Below are positions 16,276 to 26,282 of a stretch of DNA of 64,000 nt, in pieces. This DNA comes from Paludibacteraceae bacterium (GTDB taxonomy: Bacteria; Bacteroidota; Bacteroidia; Bacteroidales; Paludibacteraceae): contig JAZNSW010000029.1 of NCBI GenBank assembly GCA_045591505.1, positions 50,368 to 114,367 on the forward strand, given 5' to 3'. Position 1 is the first letter of the stretch. Each line of letters opens with the position of its first letter. Below the pieces are notes generated by a model. That model worked only from the letters and a program-made list of their open reading frames with translations, ran no database searches and was not told the origin of the DNA. A program made the translations under genes and the position numbers.

Positions 16276-17388
16276 TTGTCCAAGCGTGTACTCATAGGAA
16301 TGTCTGGCGGAATAGATTCTACCGTAGCCGCCATCTTGCTGCAAGAGCAAGGGTATGAATTAGTAGGTGCGACCTTCCGCACCTTTGATACTGTTAAAGA
16401 ATCTTGCCTTGCTAAAGAAAAAGGCTGCTGCTCATTAGAGAGCATTTTAGAAGCACAGCGCATGGCTTCAACATTGGGTTTTGAGCATCATATACTGGAT
16501 TTTCGCGATACATTTCGCGATCATGTGATTGCTAATTTTGTGGATGAATACGCGCACGGGCGCACGCCTAATCCATGTGTATTATGCAACTCACATATCA
16601 AATGGGGCAAACTTATGCAGGCCGCAGAGCAATATGGATGCGATTATATTGCGACTGGGCACTATGCTCAAATTGCAGAACACCGCGGACACACCTATCT
16701 CAAGAATGCAGTAGATACCCACAAAGACCAAACCTACTTTCTCTGGATGCTTACCGAAGAGAACCTTCGCCATACCCTATTCCCATTAGGCGGACTAACG
16801 AAAACAGAAGTACGCCAAATCGCTTTGTCACACGGATTTGAAGCATTGAGCAAGAAAGCGGAAAGCCAAGAGATTTGCTTTGTGCCGAACAACGATTATC
16901 GCACTTTCCTCGCCCAGCAAGGAGTATCCGTTCCAAAAGGCGAATATATTGATAATCAGGGAAACATATTGGGTATGCACCAAGGTTATTGCCATTATAC
17001 GATTGGTCAGCGCAAGGGATTGGGTATTGCATTAGGAGCACCTAAGTTTGTGACCAAGATTGACGCTGAGAATAACCGTGTTACGTTGGGCGACCGTGAT
17101 GACTTGCTTACTACCCAAGCCACTATTGCTGATGTGCGTATCCGCGATTGGGATTGGCTCAAGGAGTCGCCCCATGTGCAAGCCCGTATCCGCTACAAAT
17201 CCCCTGCTGTAGAAGCAATGCTGAATCATGAATTAGGAATTAAGAATGATGAATTAAACACCGAACTCAACATTCAACATTCAACATTCAACATTATCTT
17301 CTCCACTCCCGTTTGGGGTGTAACACCCGGTCAGTCATTGGTGATGTACAAAGACAACCTCGTAGTGGGTGGTGGGATTCTTCAATAA
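16276..17388 (+). CDS. mnmA: tRNA 2-thiouridine(34) synthase MnmA
   Basis: KRVLIGMSGGIDSTV PP-loop, NPCVLCN, and a C-terminal VTPGQ...GGG. The start is probably TTG 16276 (alternative ATG 16300), because the promoter lies at 16204-16235. Confidence 0.9.
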   Translation: MSKRVLIGMSGGIDSTVAAILLQEQGYELVGATFRTFDTVKESCLAKEKGCCSLESILEAQRMASTLGFEHHILDFRDTFRDHVIANFVDEYAHGRTPNPCVLCNSHIKWGKLMQAAEQYGCDYIATGHYAQIAEHRGHTYLKNAVDTHKDQTYFLWMLTEENLRHTLFPLGGLTKTEVRQIALSHGFEALSKKAESQEICFVPNNDYRTFLAQQGVSVPKGEYIDNQGNILGMHQGYCHYTIGQRKGLGIALGAPKFVTKIDAENNRVTLGDRDDLLTTQATIADVRIRDWDWLKESPHVQARIRYKSPAVEAMLNHELGIKNDELNTELNIQHSTFNIIFSTPVWGVTPGQSLVMYKDNLVVGGGILQ

Positions 17389-17392
17389 AAAA

Positions 17393-17413
17393 ACGGGTAA
17401 CCCCGTTTTTTTT
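17393..17413 (+). terminator. intrinsic terminator after mnmA
   Basis: acggg-taac-cccgt followed by T8. Confidence 0.6.
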
Positions 17414-17475
17414 ATTTAGATAGCAAATACCGCCCCTCTTGCATTTTCTAACTGACATTTTTATTAGCCTTACAA

Positions 17476-17504
17476 ACAGAAAAAGCGGAGAAATTCCGCT
17501 TTTT
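17476..17504 (-). terminator. intrinsic terminator after the LVIVD lipoprotein gene
   Basis: On the minus strand, GCGGA-AUUUC-UCCGC followed by UUUUUCUGUUUG. Confidence 0.6.
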
Positions 17505-17531
17505 CCATAGGATGAAATATGTTTGGAGATA

Positions 17532-19907
17532 TTATTCGGTCATGCCCAATTCGTAGATTTGGAGTCCGTACATGCCGTACGCCACGTAGATACGACCGTC
17601 AGGACCTTTCTTTACGAAGTTAGCAGATTGCTTGATGTCGGTATTGTTGGTGACCTTTGTAGCAGCGCAGCCTGTGTAGCAGAGGCGTTTAATCATGCGG
17701 TTGCAGATATTGCCATTCGCTGCTGTGTATGTGCTATTCTTATCCAATATCACCAATCCATCGCCTGCAGCGAGGTAGATATGATGTTCGTCCACATCCA
17801 CACCGTTGGCACTGCGATTACTACCACCTACGCGATTGCCAGCGTAGTCGTAAACGCCAAAGCCGTTTTGACCTTTGCAGACATAAATATGCTCATTATC
17901 GCAGATACATACATTCTTGCCGTCAACAGGATAAATAGAGCCGACCTCAAATGATGCTTCTTCCACCATTTGCGCGTTATAGATAGTCACGATACCACGA
18001 TCGGTATTATTCAGTGTCACCACCTTGCCATTCTCCTTATTATAATAAATATATTTACCTTGGAAGTTATCAGTATTTTCGTTGATGCTCTTTTTCTCTT
18101 GGTTGGTATTGTCGTTCAAGCCAAACTTATTGATTCCTCCATTGGAATAGCCAGAGATAGTCACCAACTCATCTCCAATACGATCCACGCAGTTAGCTGA
18201 ATAGCCAGTCAAATTAACGCGTTCTTCTTTGTAGTTCTCAATAGCGGGGAAGCGGCCATTGCTACTGAGTGCTACTTTTGTCATTGCAGCGCCTACCATA
18301 TTGCTCGTAGCAGCGGTGTAAACCACATTGTCAGAGAAGAAGATATGATTGTATTTGAACTCACTATTCTCCATGGATTGCTCAAAAAGACTGTTGGTAA
18401 TGTCATAACTATCAATATGAATCACATCAATGATGCCACCAAAGTCATCTGCGCTATCCACGGATGGACTGTAGTTATGCTCAGCGTATTTGAGATTGGT
18501 CTCTGGGTTAGCGTGCCAACTCAAATATATTACATCGCCATTAAAGGCAATGCTGGTAGCCGAGTACTTGTGTGTAGGAGAACTACTCTCTGGAGGCAGC
18601 ACCTCAATGACAGGCACGTTGCCCACCTCTGGACGACAACCATCTTCTGACGCTGGAAGCCATGAGTTGGTTCCGATTGTGACCGTTGAAGGAACTACCA
18701 TGTTCTCTTCATTGAGCACTGCTTTTTCGTCTGCTACATCGTAATAGAACTTGATGCGGAGGTTGCCTTGAACGTCCAAATTACCTGTTAGATTGCCGCA
18801 TGGGAATGCTGCTGCAGCCACATCGCCAGGCACATTGGTGTACTCGTTACCACGGTCAAAATAGAGTTTTCCGCCCACTTTTACAACAGATTTATAGGTA
18901 GCTTCCAAACCGTTGACCACGATGCGTTGGCTACCTTTATCCACAAACATACCGTCGCTGATGATTTCAAACAAAGCATTTTTGAGGTTCATGGTACCCA
19001 CTCCTTGATTGGTAAGCAAGGTGTTAGTTTGCAAGTACTTATTCACATTCACAACAGCCGAACGACTTGATTTGAAGTCCAACTCGCGCATTACGTACAC
19101 GCAGTCGTCAAAGGTCACATCTGCCGCGCCCTCTACGTAGAGGTCTTTGCCGATAGTTACTTGATTGGTGGTATGTGTCTTACCGCCATTGAGCAGTGCG
19201 GTACCTTCAACATACATCTCGCGCTCGCAGTAGAAGTCAGATGCAGGATCTACTTGGAAAGAGGAGTAAGCATTGTTGTTGTTGATGGTATTGTTGTTTG
19301 CTTTCACGTAGAATGGCTCGCCTTCGGTGCCATATATGTAGAGCAAACCAGCTTCATACAAGCGCAATCCCATGTTGTCTGGAGTGGTGATATTACCCCA
19401 GCAATATACCTTGGTGGCTTTTTTGATTTTCACTTTGTCATCCCAACCTGCTTCGCAGTAGGTGAGTACTGCCCCCTCAAGGATATAGATGTTTACAGGC
19501 GTGTCATCGTTCCACCATGCACCAGAGAAGGTAGCGTCGGCTGCAATGTAGATATCGATGCTGCCCTCACCGGACCAATCTTGGCTGACGGTACCAGTCC
19601 ATGGTTCGTTGATGTAGTAGGCCTTACCTTTGGTAAGGGTCACACCATTGTTCCAGTTGGTAGGCGCATCTTTGAGTGGAAGTGCATCCGCAGGAATAGC
19701 GGGTGCGGGTGTTGTTGCCACGCGCTTGCGTGTTGGTAGTAGCTTGTGACTGCTGCCAAAAACTAATCGCGATGATAATTGTGAGGGATCATCGATAATT
19801 GTTACATTTTCGGTGGTCGATACAGCAGGGTTTTGACCGTTATCGCATGATGCACTGGCAAATAACAAAATTGTCAATGTACAGACAATAGAAAAACTCT
19901 TTTTCAT
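17532..19907 (-). CDS. large lipoprotein with LVIVD-like beta-propeller repeats at the C-terminus (791 aa)
   Basis: Lipobox LLFASASC. Repeats of the form HIYLAAGDGLVILD, HIYVCKGQNGFGVYD and RIYVAYGMYGLQIYE. Confidence 0.75.
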   Translation of the reverse strand: MKKSFSIVCTLTILLFASASCDNGQNPAVSTTENVTIIDDPSQLSSRLVFGSSHKLLPTRKRVATTPAPAIPADALPLKDAPTNWNNGVTLTKGKAYYINEPWTGTVSQDWSGEGSIDIYIAADATFSGAWWNDDTPVNIYILEGAVLTYCEAGWDDKVKIKKATKVYCWGNITTPDNMGLRLYEAGLLYIYGTEGEPFYVKANNNTINNNNAYSSFQVDPASDFYCEREMYVEGTALLNGGKTHTTNQVTIGKDLYVEGAADVTFDDCVYVMRELDFKSSRSAVVNVNKYLQTNTLLTNQGVGTMNLKNALFEIISDGMFVDKGSQRIVVNGLEATYKSVVKVGGKLYFDRGNEYTNVPGDVAAAAFPCGNLTGNLDVQGNLRIKFYYDVADEKAVLNEENMVVPSTVTIGTNSWLPASEDGCRPEVGNVPVIEVLPPESSSPTHKYSATSIAFNGDVIYLSWHANPETNLKYAEHNYSPSVDSADDFGGIIDVIHIDSYDITNSLFEQSMENSEFKYNHIFFSDNVVYTAATSNMVGAAMTKVALSSNGRFPAIENYKEERVNLTGYSANCVDRIGDELVTISGYSNGGINKFGLNDNTNQEKKSINENTDNFQGKYIYYNKENGKVVTLNNTDRGIVTIYNAQMVEEASFEVGSIYPVDGKNVCICDNEHIYVCKGQNGFGVYDYAGNRVGGSNRSANGVDVDEHHIYLAAGDGLVILDKNSTYTAANGNICNRMIKRLCYTGCAATKVTNNTDIKQSANFVKKGPDGRIYVAYGMYGLQIYELGMTE

Positions 19908-20032
19908 CGTTTATTTTTTTTAGATTGTTATTAAGATTGTTTTTTATTTAATGTATTAGTTTTTAGTTAGTTATATCCTTTTCACATACACAGAAAAGTC
20001 ACTTTCAAAAAACTTTCCCGCAAATTACGCTA

Positions 20033-20063
20033 CAAAGATAGTATATTTTTTTGAATTACCCAA
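20033..20063 (-). promoter_or_regulatory. promoter of the lipoprotein gene (TTG-N20-TATCTTTG)
   Basis: caaagata at 20033-20040 and caa at 20061-20063 on the plus strand. Confidence 0.5.
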
Positions 20064-20234
20064 AAAGCAGGGGCATTTTTTTGCAAAAAAATTGCATTTT
20101 GCTAAATTGGATTTTACAAAAACGACACACATGATAGTTAGTTCATAGAGAAAACAAAAAACTGATCACTCCCCAATCATCTCTTCGCATAGCACTTGAT
20201 GACCATTAGGACTTTCCTTGATACCTCATAATCA

Positions 20235-20267
20235 ACAAAAAAAGACTTACGAAATTCCGTAAGTCTT
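20235..20267 (-). terminator. terminator downstream of tRNA-Pro
   Basis: On the minus strand, AAGACUUACG-loop-CGUAAGUCUU followed by a U-run. Confidence 0.6.
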
Positions 20268-20278
20268 TCTTAGGTTAG

Positions 20279-20353
20279 TCGGGATGGCGAGATTCGAACT
20301 CACGACCTCCTGCTCCCAAAGCAGGCATTCTAACCGGGCTGAACTACATCCCG
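20279..20353 (-). tRNA. tRNA-Pro (anticodon UGG), 75 nt, no encoded CCA
   Basis: Hand-folded cloverleaf. Acceptor CGGGATG/CATCCCG, D stem GTTC/GAAT, anticodon stem CCTGC/GCAGG with loop TTTGGGA, T arm GTGAG-TTCGAAT-CTCGC, discriminator A. Confidence 0.92.
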
Positions 20354-20379
20354 CATGCTTTCTCTCTCGAAAGCGGGTG

Positions 20380-20387
20380 CAAAGGTA
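20380..20387 (-). promoter_or_regulatory. -7 box (TACCTTTG) upstream of tRNA-Pro
   Basis: Plus-strand caaaggta, 27 nt upstream of the tRNA 5' end. Confidence 0.45.
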
Positions 20388-20470
20388 CTGCTTTTTTTTG
20401 ATATGACCAAATTTTTTTGAAAAAAAATGCGATTTTTTTCATTTTTCTTTCATATTTCAGTTTTTTTGCG

Positions 20471-20478
20471 TACCTTTG
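20471..20478 (+). promoter_or_regulatory. -7 box (TACCTTTG) upstream of yidC
   Basis: tacctttg lies about 110 nt upstream of the yidC ATG. Confidence 0.4.
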
Positions 20479-20586
20479 CACGTTTTTCGGTGCGTTTGTT
20501 ACCCGTTTTTGCGCTGAAATCGGAAAACATGATTTATAGGACATAGAAAAATAATTTACATATAATATAAATTAAGGTATAGAACA

Positions 20587-22518
20587 ATGGACAAAAACAC
20601 ATGGATTGGCTTTTTACTGATAGCCGCAATCATTGTAGGATTTTCTTTTATCAATCGCCCCTCAAAAGAGGAGTTAGCAGAGCGTCAACGCGTGCAAGAT
20701 TCTATTGCATACGTGCAAGCGATGGAATTGGAGGCAAAACAATTATCACAGCAGATTGCTCAACAATTATCCGCTGAGCAAAGTGCAGAAACAACAGCAG
20801 AAACTCCCGAAGCATTAGCACAACAAGTGGCAGCGGTATATGGTCCGTTTGCTCCATCCGCACAAGGCGAAGAAGGATTAATAACAATTGAGAACAGCAA
20901 AATTCGCATTGGAATCGACCGCCGCGGAGGTCGTATTGCCAAAGCAGAACTCAAAGAATACAAAGCATACGGCGATAGCGTTAACGATTTGTGCCTTTTC
21001 CAAGGCGATGAGAGTAGTCTTAATTTCACTCTTGTAACAAATAGCAACCGTATTCTTGCCACCCAAAATCTATATTTCACCCAAGCCAATCAAACAACAG
21101 ATAGCGAAGGTAATACCACCCTCACCATGCGCCTTAATACCAATATTGAGGATTGCTATCTTGACTTTGTATATACCTTACTTGCAGATGATTACATGGT
21201 AGGCATGAGTATTCAGCCACACAATATGCAATTGACATTGGCACAAAACATGTCATCTGTGGAGGTGCAATGGAATCAGTCTATTCCACAACAAGAAAAA
21301 GGTCGCACGTTTGAAGAACGATATGCCCAACTGCAATACATGTTTGTTGGAGGTGACATAGAGAAACTCTCTGAGCAAAAAGCAGATCAAACCAAAGAGT
21401 CCGCTCGATTGAAATGGATAGCATACAAAGATCAGTTCTTCTCCACCGTAATCATTGCAGAAGATGGTTTTGAGTCTTCAGAAATGCAGTCCACACCCCT
21501 CAACGCAAATAGTCACTATATCAAAGAGTACAAAACGAACACCCGATTGCCATTTGATATTACAGGCAAGAAAAATACCAATTTACGCTATTATTTAGGT
21601 CCTAACCACTACAATACACTCAAAGCATATGACAAAGATGTAGAAAAAGAGAACAAACTGCATCTCAATGAGTTAGTGCCATTAGGTTGGAAGATTGTAG
21701 CATGGATTAACAAGATTTTGGTAATTCCAATGTTTGACCTCTTTACTTCATGGGGTTTGCATATTGGTATTGTGATTCTGCTGATGACTTTGGTGATTAA
21801 ACTTGTGCTCTTGCCATTCGTTTTTGCCTCCAACAAATCCAGTGCAAAAATGCGTGTTCTCAAGCCACAATTGGATGAGATAAATGCAAAATATCCACCA
21901 GAAAAGATGCAAGAGCGTCAGCAAGCCACCATGGCCTTGTATCAAAAAGCAGGCGTTAGCCCTATGTCTGGATGTTTGCCAATGTTATTCCAATTCCCTG
22001 TGCTGATGGCTATGTTCTGGTTCTTGCCAACCGCTATCGAGCTCCGTGGTCAATCGCTCTTCTGGGCAGATGACCTCTCTACTTACGATGCGATTATTAC
22101 GTGGAATACTCACATTCCTATCTTCGGCACGCACCTCAGTCTATTCTGCTTGCTCATGACCATTGTGAATATCGTATATACACATATCACCATGCAGTCA
22201 CAATCAGGCGGACAAGAAATGAAGATGATGAAATGGATGATGTATCTCATGCCACTCATGTTCCTCTTCTTCTTCAACGATTACGCCGCAGGTTTGAGCT
22301 ATTACTACCTCGTGAGTCTTCTTATGACTATTATCCAAACGATGATTTTCCGATTCGCAATAGATGATAAGAAAGTGCTTGCCGAGCTGGAAGCAAACGC
22401 TAAGAAAAAGAATACACAAAAGAAATCAGGCTTCGCTGCACGATTGGAACAAATGCAACGCGAACAACAACGTCTTGCACGCGAAAACGCAAAAGCACAA
22501 CAGAAAAAAATGAGATAA
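20587..22518 (+). CDS. yidC: membrane protein insertase YidC (long Bacteroidetes form)
   Basis: N-terminal TM helix, a large periplasmic domain, a C-terminal 5-TM core with ...MRVLKPQLDEINAKY...GCLPMLFQFPVL..., and a basic tail. Confidence 0.9.
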   Translation: MDKNTWIGFLLIAAIIVGFSFINRPSKEELAERQRVQDSIAYVQAMELEAKQLSQQIAQQLSAEQSAETTAETPEALAQQVAAVYGPFAPSAQGEEGLITIENSKIRIGIDRRGGRIAKAELKEYKAYGDSVNDLCLFQGDESSLNFTLVTNSNRILATQNLYFTQANQTTDSEGNTTLTMRLNTNIEDCYLDFVYTLLADDYMVGMSIQPHNMQLTLAQNMSSVEVQWNQSIPQQEKGRTFEERYAQLQYMFVGGDIEKLSEQKADQTKESARLKWIAYKDQFFSTVIIAEDGFESSEMQSTPLNANSHYIKEYKTNTRLPFDITGKKNTNLRYYLGPNHYNTLKAYDKDVEKENKLHLNELVPLGWKIVAWINKILVIPMFDLFTSWGLHIGIVILLMTLVIKLVLLPFVFASNKSSAKMRVLKPQLDEINAKYPPEKMQERQQATMALYQKAGVSPMSGCLPMLFQFPVLMAMFWFLPTAIELRGQSLFWADDLSTYDAIITWNTHIPIFGTHLSLFCLLMTIVNIVYTHITMQSQSGGQEMKMMKWMMYLMPLMFLFFFNDYAAGLSYYYLVSLLMTIIQTMIFRFAIDDKKVLAELEANAKKKNTQKKSGFAARLEQMQREQQRLARENAKAQQKKMR

Positions 22519-22522
22519 TCGT

Positions 22523-23227
22523 ATGAAAAGAATTTCAATAATCTTGGTCCTATGCTCAGTTATGAGCATGGGACTTTTTGCGCAAAAAGAAGACAAATAC
22601 ACCTTTGGCGATTTCTTTGACGCACTAGATTTGCCTACCGTGTTGGGCGTAGGGTTTACCCCTAACGGAATTGAAAGTGCGACCTTCAATTCTGCCATGC
22701 GATTGGGATGGCGTCATCATAAAAACTATGGTACGTTTGTTTACATCACCTATGACACGCATAGCAACACATATAAAGACCTACAAATCGCAGGTTCCAA
22801 TTTCCGCAGCGGCGAAGTATGGTATAACGAGGTTGGCATGAGCGTAGGATACCGTATTCCATTGGTGAAAGATATTAAAGCTTTTTACGAGAATCCTTGT
22901 TTTCATCCATGGGATTTCTTTGTAAGTGTGCAACCTGGTGTATCCATTGCAACAGTCAAAAATGCAGTTGTATATCAAGAAGAAGGGTCACTAGAAAACA
23001 TATCCAATTATGAGATGCAAAACGTTGATAATGTAGTTCCTACATTACGCTTTTCAGCAGGTGTAGAATGGTTTATATTCCCAAATTTTGGCGTGTTTGC
23101 AGAAGCAGCATACACACAACATTTGATGCCTACATTCATCGAGCAAGCTGCCATCGAAAAGGGTGACATCCAATCGCCATCAGGGCCAATAACCGTCTCT
23201 GTCGGACTATCATTGTTCTTCAACTAA
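22523..23227 (+). CDS. putative outer-membrane beta-barrel protein (234 aa)
   Basis: Signal peptide, alternating beta-strand pattern, C-terminal ...VGLSLFFN. Confidence 0.6.
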   Translation: MKRISIILVLCSVMSMGLFAQKEDKYTFGDFFDALDLPTVLGVGFTPNGIESATFNSAMRLGWRHHKNYGTFVYITYDTHSNTYKDLQIAGSNFRSGEVWYNEVGMSVGYRIPLVKDIKAFYENPCFHPWDFFVSVQPGVSIATVKNAVVYQEEGSLENISNYEMQNVDNVVPTLRFSAGVEWFIFPNFGVFAEAAYTQHLMPTFIEQAAIEKGDIQSPSGPITVSVGLSLFFN

Positions 23228-23245
23228 TTGATATACTACACAGCC

Positions 23246-24436
23246 ATGCAAAATGTGATACAATACATTACTACTTTCCTACTCTATGGAGATTTTGAAG
23301 CAACAAAATTAGTAGGATACACTGCCGACGAAAAAGAATGGCATAACTTTCGCATTTTGATTGTTCCTAATGGACATTTAGGAAAGAAAATTGTGTTGCC
23401 CGATTTTTCAAATCCCGTAGTGGATGTTTTGCCTACCACGGATGAGGATAGCAAAAATAAGCCTACCTATATCATTCGCACAGATTTGATATACAATACA
23501 TTCTTCTTCATCTCCCGTGCTGAAGAACTAATTAATAATCAACGCGATGAGCATGGGCGTTTTCTGGCAAAACATTCCATTCTTGGGCAAAATAATCGCT
23601 TAATGATTCCCATAGTGGATGAATATGCACGATTATTAATGAAACTGCTTGAACTCCCTTTACCCACCTCCTCTTTCAGCCACATATACCTCACCCACGA
23701 TGTGGACACTATTGCCCACTACCGTCATTTGCGTGGAATGGTGGGGGGCATTTTGCGTGGTCAGTGGCGCAAAGTATTTGCTTCGCTAAGGGATATTCAT
23801 AACGACCCTGCTTTCACCTTTCCGTGGCTTATATCGCAGGATAAACGGGTAAAAGGAGCAGAATCTATCTACTTCATCAAAGATACAGAAGGCAAAGGGT
23901 ATGATTACCCTCAATACAATCTCAATGGTAACGATTTCGCCATTGTGAAACAGTTGACAGAGAATAGCGGTGCAAAGATTGGATTACATTCGAGTTACTA
24001 TGGAATAACTCAAAATTTAAAATTCAAACTTCAAAATTTACTTCATCGCAGCCACTATCTGCGCTGTTCGATCGACCAAATGCAGCATTTTGCAGCATCT
24101 GGCATCACCGACGACTTCACCATGATGTTTCCCGATCAAATAGGATTTCGTTTGCAAACCACACGCCCTGTGCGTTGGATTAATCCGCTAACCATGCAAC
24201 TGACTCATTTAACACTGCATCCACTAACCGTTATGGACTGCACACTCAGCAATGCCAACTATATGCATCTCAACGAGGATGAAGCATATTTTGAATGTCA
24301 GCGGTTGTTTGAAAAAGTGCACCAAAATAGCGGTGAAATCGTGCTCTTGTGGCATAATTCCACACCTGAAAACAATCCATATCACCGCACGTTATATCCC
24401 AAACTGTTGAATCTTATAACGAGTTATAACGAATAA
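23246..24436 (+). CDS. polysaccharide-deacetylase-like protein
   Basis: The LTHDVDTI motif and its position in an operon with two glycosyltransferases. ATG 23246 preferred over TTG 23228. Confidence 0.55.
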   Translation: MQNVIQYITTFLLYGDFEATKLVGYTADEKEWHNFRILIVPNGHLGKKIVLPDFSNPVVDVLPTTDEDSKNKPTYIIRTDLIYNTFFFISRAEELINNQRDEHGRFLAKHSILGQNNRLMIPIVDEYARLLMKLLELPLPTSSFSHIYLTHDVDTIAHYRHLRGMVGGILRGQWRKVFASLRDIHNDPAFTFPWLISQDKRVKGAESIYFIKDTEGKGYDYPQYNLNGNDFAIVKQLTENSGAKIGLHSSYYGITQNLKFKLQNLLHRSHYLRCSIDQMQHFAASGITDDFTMMFPDQIGFRLQTTRPVRWINPLTMQLTHLTLHPLTVMDCTLSNANYMHLNEDEAYFECQRLFEKVHQNSGEIVLLWHNSTPENNPYHRTLYPKLLNLITSYNE

Positions 24437-25554
24437 TGGCACTACGTATCCTCATAGTAGCAGATCCATATGGTGCACCTTCTTATGCGCCAAGATTACG
24501 CTTCCTCTGCCAATATTTGGTGGAGAGAGGACACGCTATTGAGGTATATACGGAGCAATTTCAGAAATACGACTTCCCACATAACTACCCTATTGTTGAA
24601 AAACCACTCAGCCACCACCATACTTGGCAATGGGCCATTCAATCGCTTTGGTCATTGCTTACCGATTGGCGAAATAGAAAGTTTGCACAATGGCTAAATG
24701 AGCAAGTAAAACACAAGGACTATGACCTTGTTTTCTGTACTACATTTTCCACTTTTCCATTACGTGCAGCGCAAACCATTTCCAGCATAAAAAAAATTCC
24801 ATTAATAGTAGATATTCGCGATTTAGACGAACAAATAGCAGGAGCACAATACCAAAGCCACCGTCAATGGTGGGCTAAACCTTTCAGCAAATGGTATCAA
24901 GCAATAAATATCCAACGTCGTAACCGCGTTTTGCGACAAGCACACGCAATTACTACTATATCGCCATGGCATGTAGCATTCATTCGCCAATTAAATCCGA
25001 ATGTGCACCTTATATACAATGGGTACGATCCTGCACAATTTTATGCCCAAGATATTGTTACTGACAAATTTTTAATTGCATATATTGGCAAGATATATGA
25101 GTTTCAAAAAATGCAACTCCTTGAGCAGATTCTTCAAGAGTTACAATTGCCCAATACTGAAATCAATCTCCATACACCGCAGCATCACCCTATTTCTATT
25201 GCGAAAGTAGGCGATGAAATCAGGCGAAGCAGCATATCACTCGTACTCACCAATCCGAATGCAAAAGGCATGATGACAACAAAGTTTTTTGAAGCATTAG
25301 GTTGCGAGAAACCTGTACTATGTATTCCTTCTGACAACGGATTATTGGCACAAACGATTAGCGCAACCAATGCGGGACTGGCATCATCTAACAGCGATGA
25401 GATTAAGACCTTTATTCTTGAGAAATACCACGAATGGCAGCAAAATGGCTTTACTCGCCAAGCAGTTACGAATAAAGAGCAATTCTCTCGCGAAAAACAA
25501 GCACGGCAATTTGAACAGTTATTCATTGACACAATAAAATCCTACAACTCTTGA
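24436..25554 (+). CDS. glycosyltransferase (GT4-like)
   Basis: Size, C-terminal ...KFFEALGCEKPVL... (an EX7E-like region), and start/stop coupling with both neighbours. Confidence 0.65.
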   Translation: MALRILIVADPYGAPSYAPRLRFLCQYLVERGHAIEVYTEQFQKYDFPHNYPIVEKPLSHHHTWQWAIQSLWSLLTDWRNRKFAQWLNEQVKHKDYDLVFCTTFSTFPLRAAQTISSIKKIPLIVDIRDLDEQIAGAQYQSHRQWWAKPFSKWYQAINIQRRNRVLRQAHAITTISPWHVAFIRQLNPNVHLIYNGYDPAQFYAQDIVTDKFLIAYIGKIYEFQKMQLLEQILQELQLPNTEINLHTPQHHPISIAKVGDEIRRSSISLVLTNPNAKGMMTTKFFEALGCEKPVLCIPSDNGLLAQTISATNAGLASSNSDEIKTFILEKYHEWQQNGFTRQAVTNKEQFSREKQARQFEQLFIDTIKSYNS

Positions 25555-26282
25555 GCACCATTTCCGTCATAGTACCCATCTACAATGCTGAAGCATATTT
25601 GGCTAAGTGTATCGAATCACTGATACACCAAACTTATCGTGCCCTGCAGATAATTCTCATTGATGACGGTTCAACTGATAATAGTTTGGCTATTGCAGGG
25701 CAATTCGCTGCAAATGACCCACGTATTGAGACTTACGCACAGCCCAATCAAGGGCAATCAGCAGCGCGTAACAACGGATTGCAACATGCCACAGGTGAGT
25801 ACATTTCATTCGTAGATGCAGATGACTATCTGGACAACGATTTCTACGAAACCCTTCTACTATATATTGCCAACTACGACTGCGTGCAGATTGGTTATAG
25901 GCGCGTAAGTACCGAAGGTCGTATCATGGAGGAGAAACTCCCTCGCTATTTCTATCAGTTCACTTCGCCGTGTATGCGATTGTATCATCGTAACATTTTT
26001 ACACAACATGCTCTCACTTTCCCCGAAGGAATGATTTACGAAGATGTGGTTTTCTCCTTGGATTTTTGGAAGGTCAATCCCACATACGTTCAAGTCCCTT
26101 ATACGGGCTATAACTATACATTCAATCCCCTTTCTACGACTGCCAAACGTAATCGCACAAAGGAGGAACAACTTTTCCATATTTTGCGACAACGATTGCG
26201 CCATGCCGCCACATTCAAGCATTGGTGTATTGTATTATTAACTATCATCCGACTAAAATTCCATTTCAAACGATATGACTAA
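25551..26282 (+). CDS. family 2 glycosyltransferase
   Basis: ISVIVPIYNAEAYL...LIDDGSTDNS...FVDADD. Confidence 0.85.
   Translation: MSTISVIVPIYNAEAYLAKCIESLIHQTYRALQIILIDDGSTDNSLAIAGQFAANDPRIETYAQPNQGQSAARNNGLQHATGEYISFVDADDYLDNDFYETLLLYIANYDCVQIGYRRVSTEGRIMEEKLPRYFYQFTSPCMRLYHRNIFTQHALTFPEGMIYEDVVFSLDFWKVNPTYVQVPYTGYNYTFNPLSTTAKRNRTKEEQLFHILRQRLRHAATFKHWCIVLLTIIRLKFHFKRYD

Noticed and set aside
20279-20353. tRNA-Pro as an island integration site
   Set aside because: Both flanks are core-type genes (the lipoprotein and yidC). No direct repeat of the tRNA 3' end and no integrase was found nearby.
20344-20544. ORF 20344-20544 (66 aa, minus strand)
   Set aside because: It overlaps the tRNA-Pro 5' end and the promoter regions for the tRNA and yidC. 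It is K-rich and low-complexity.
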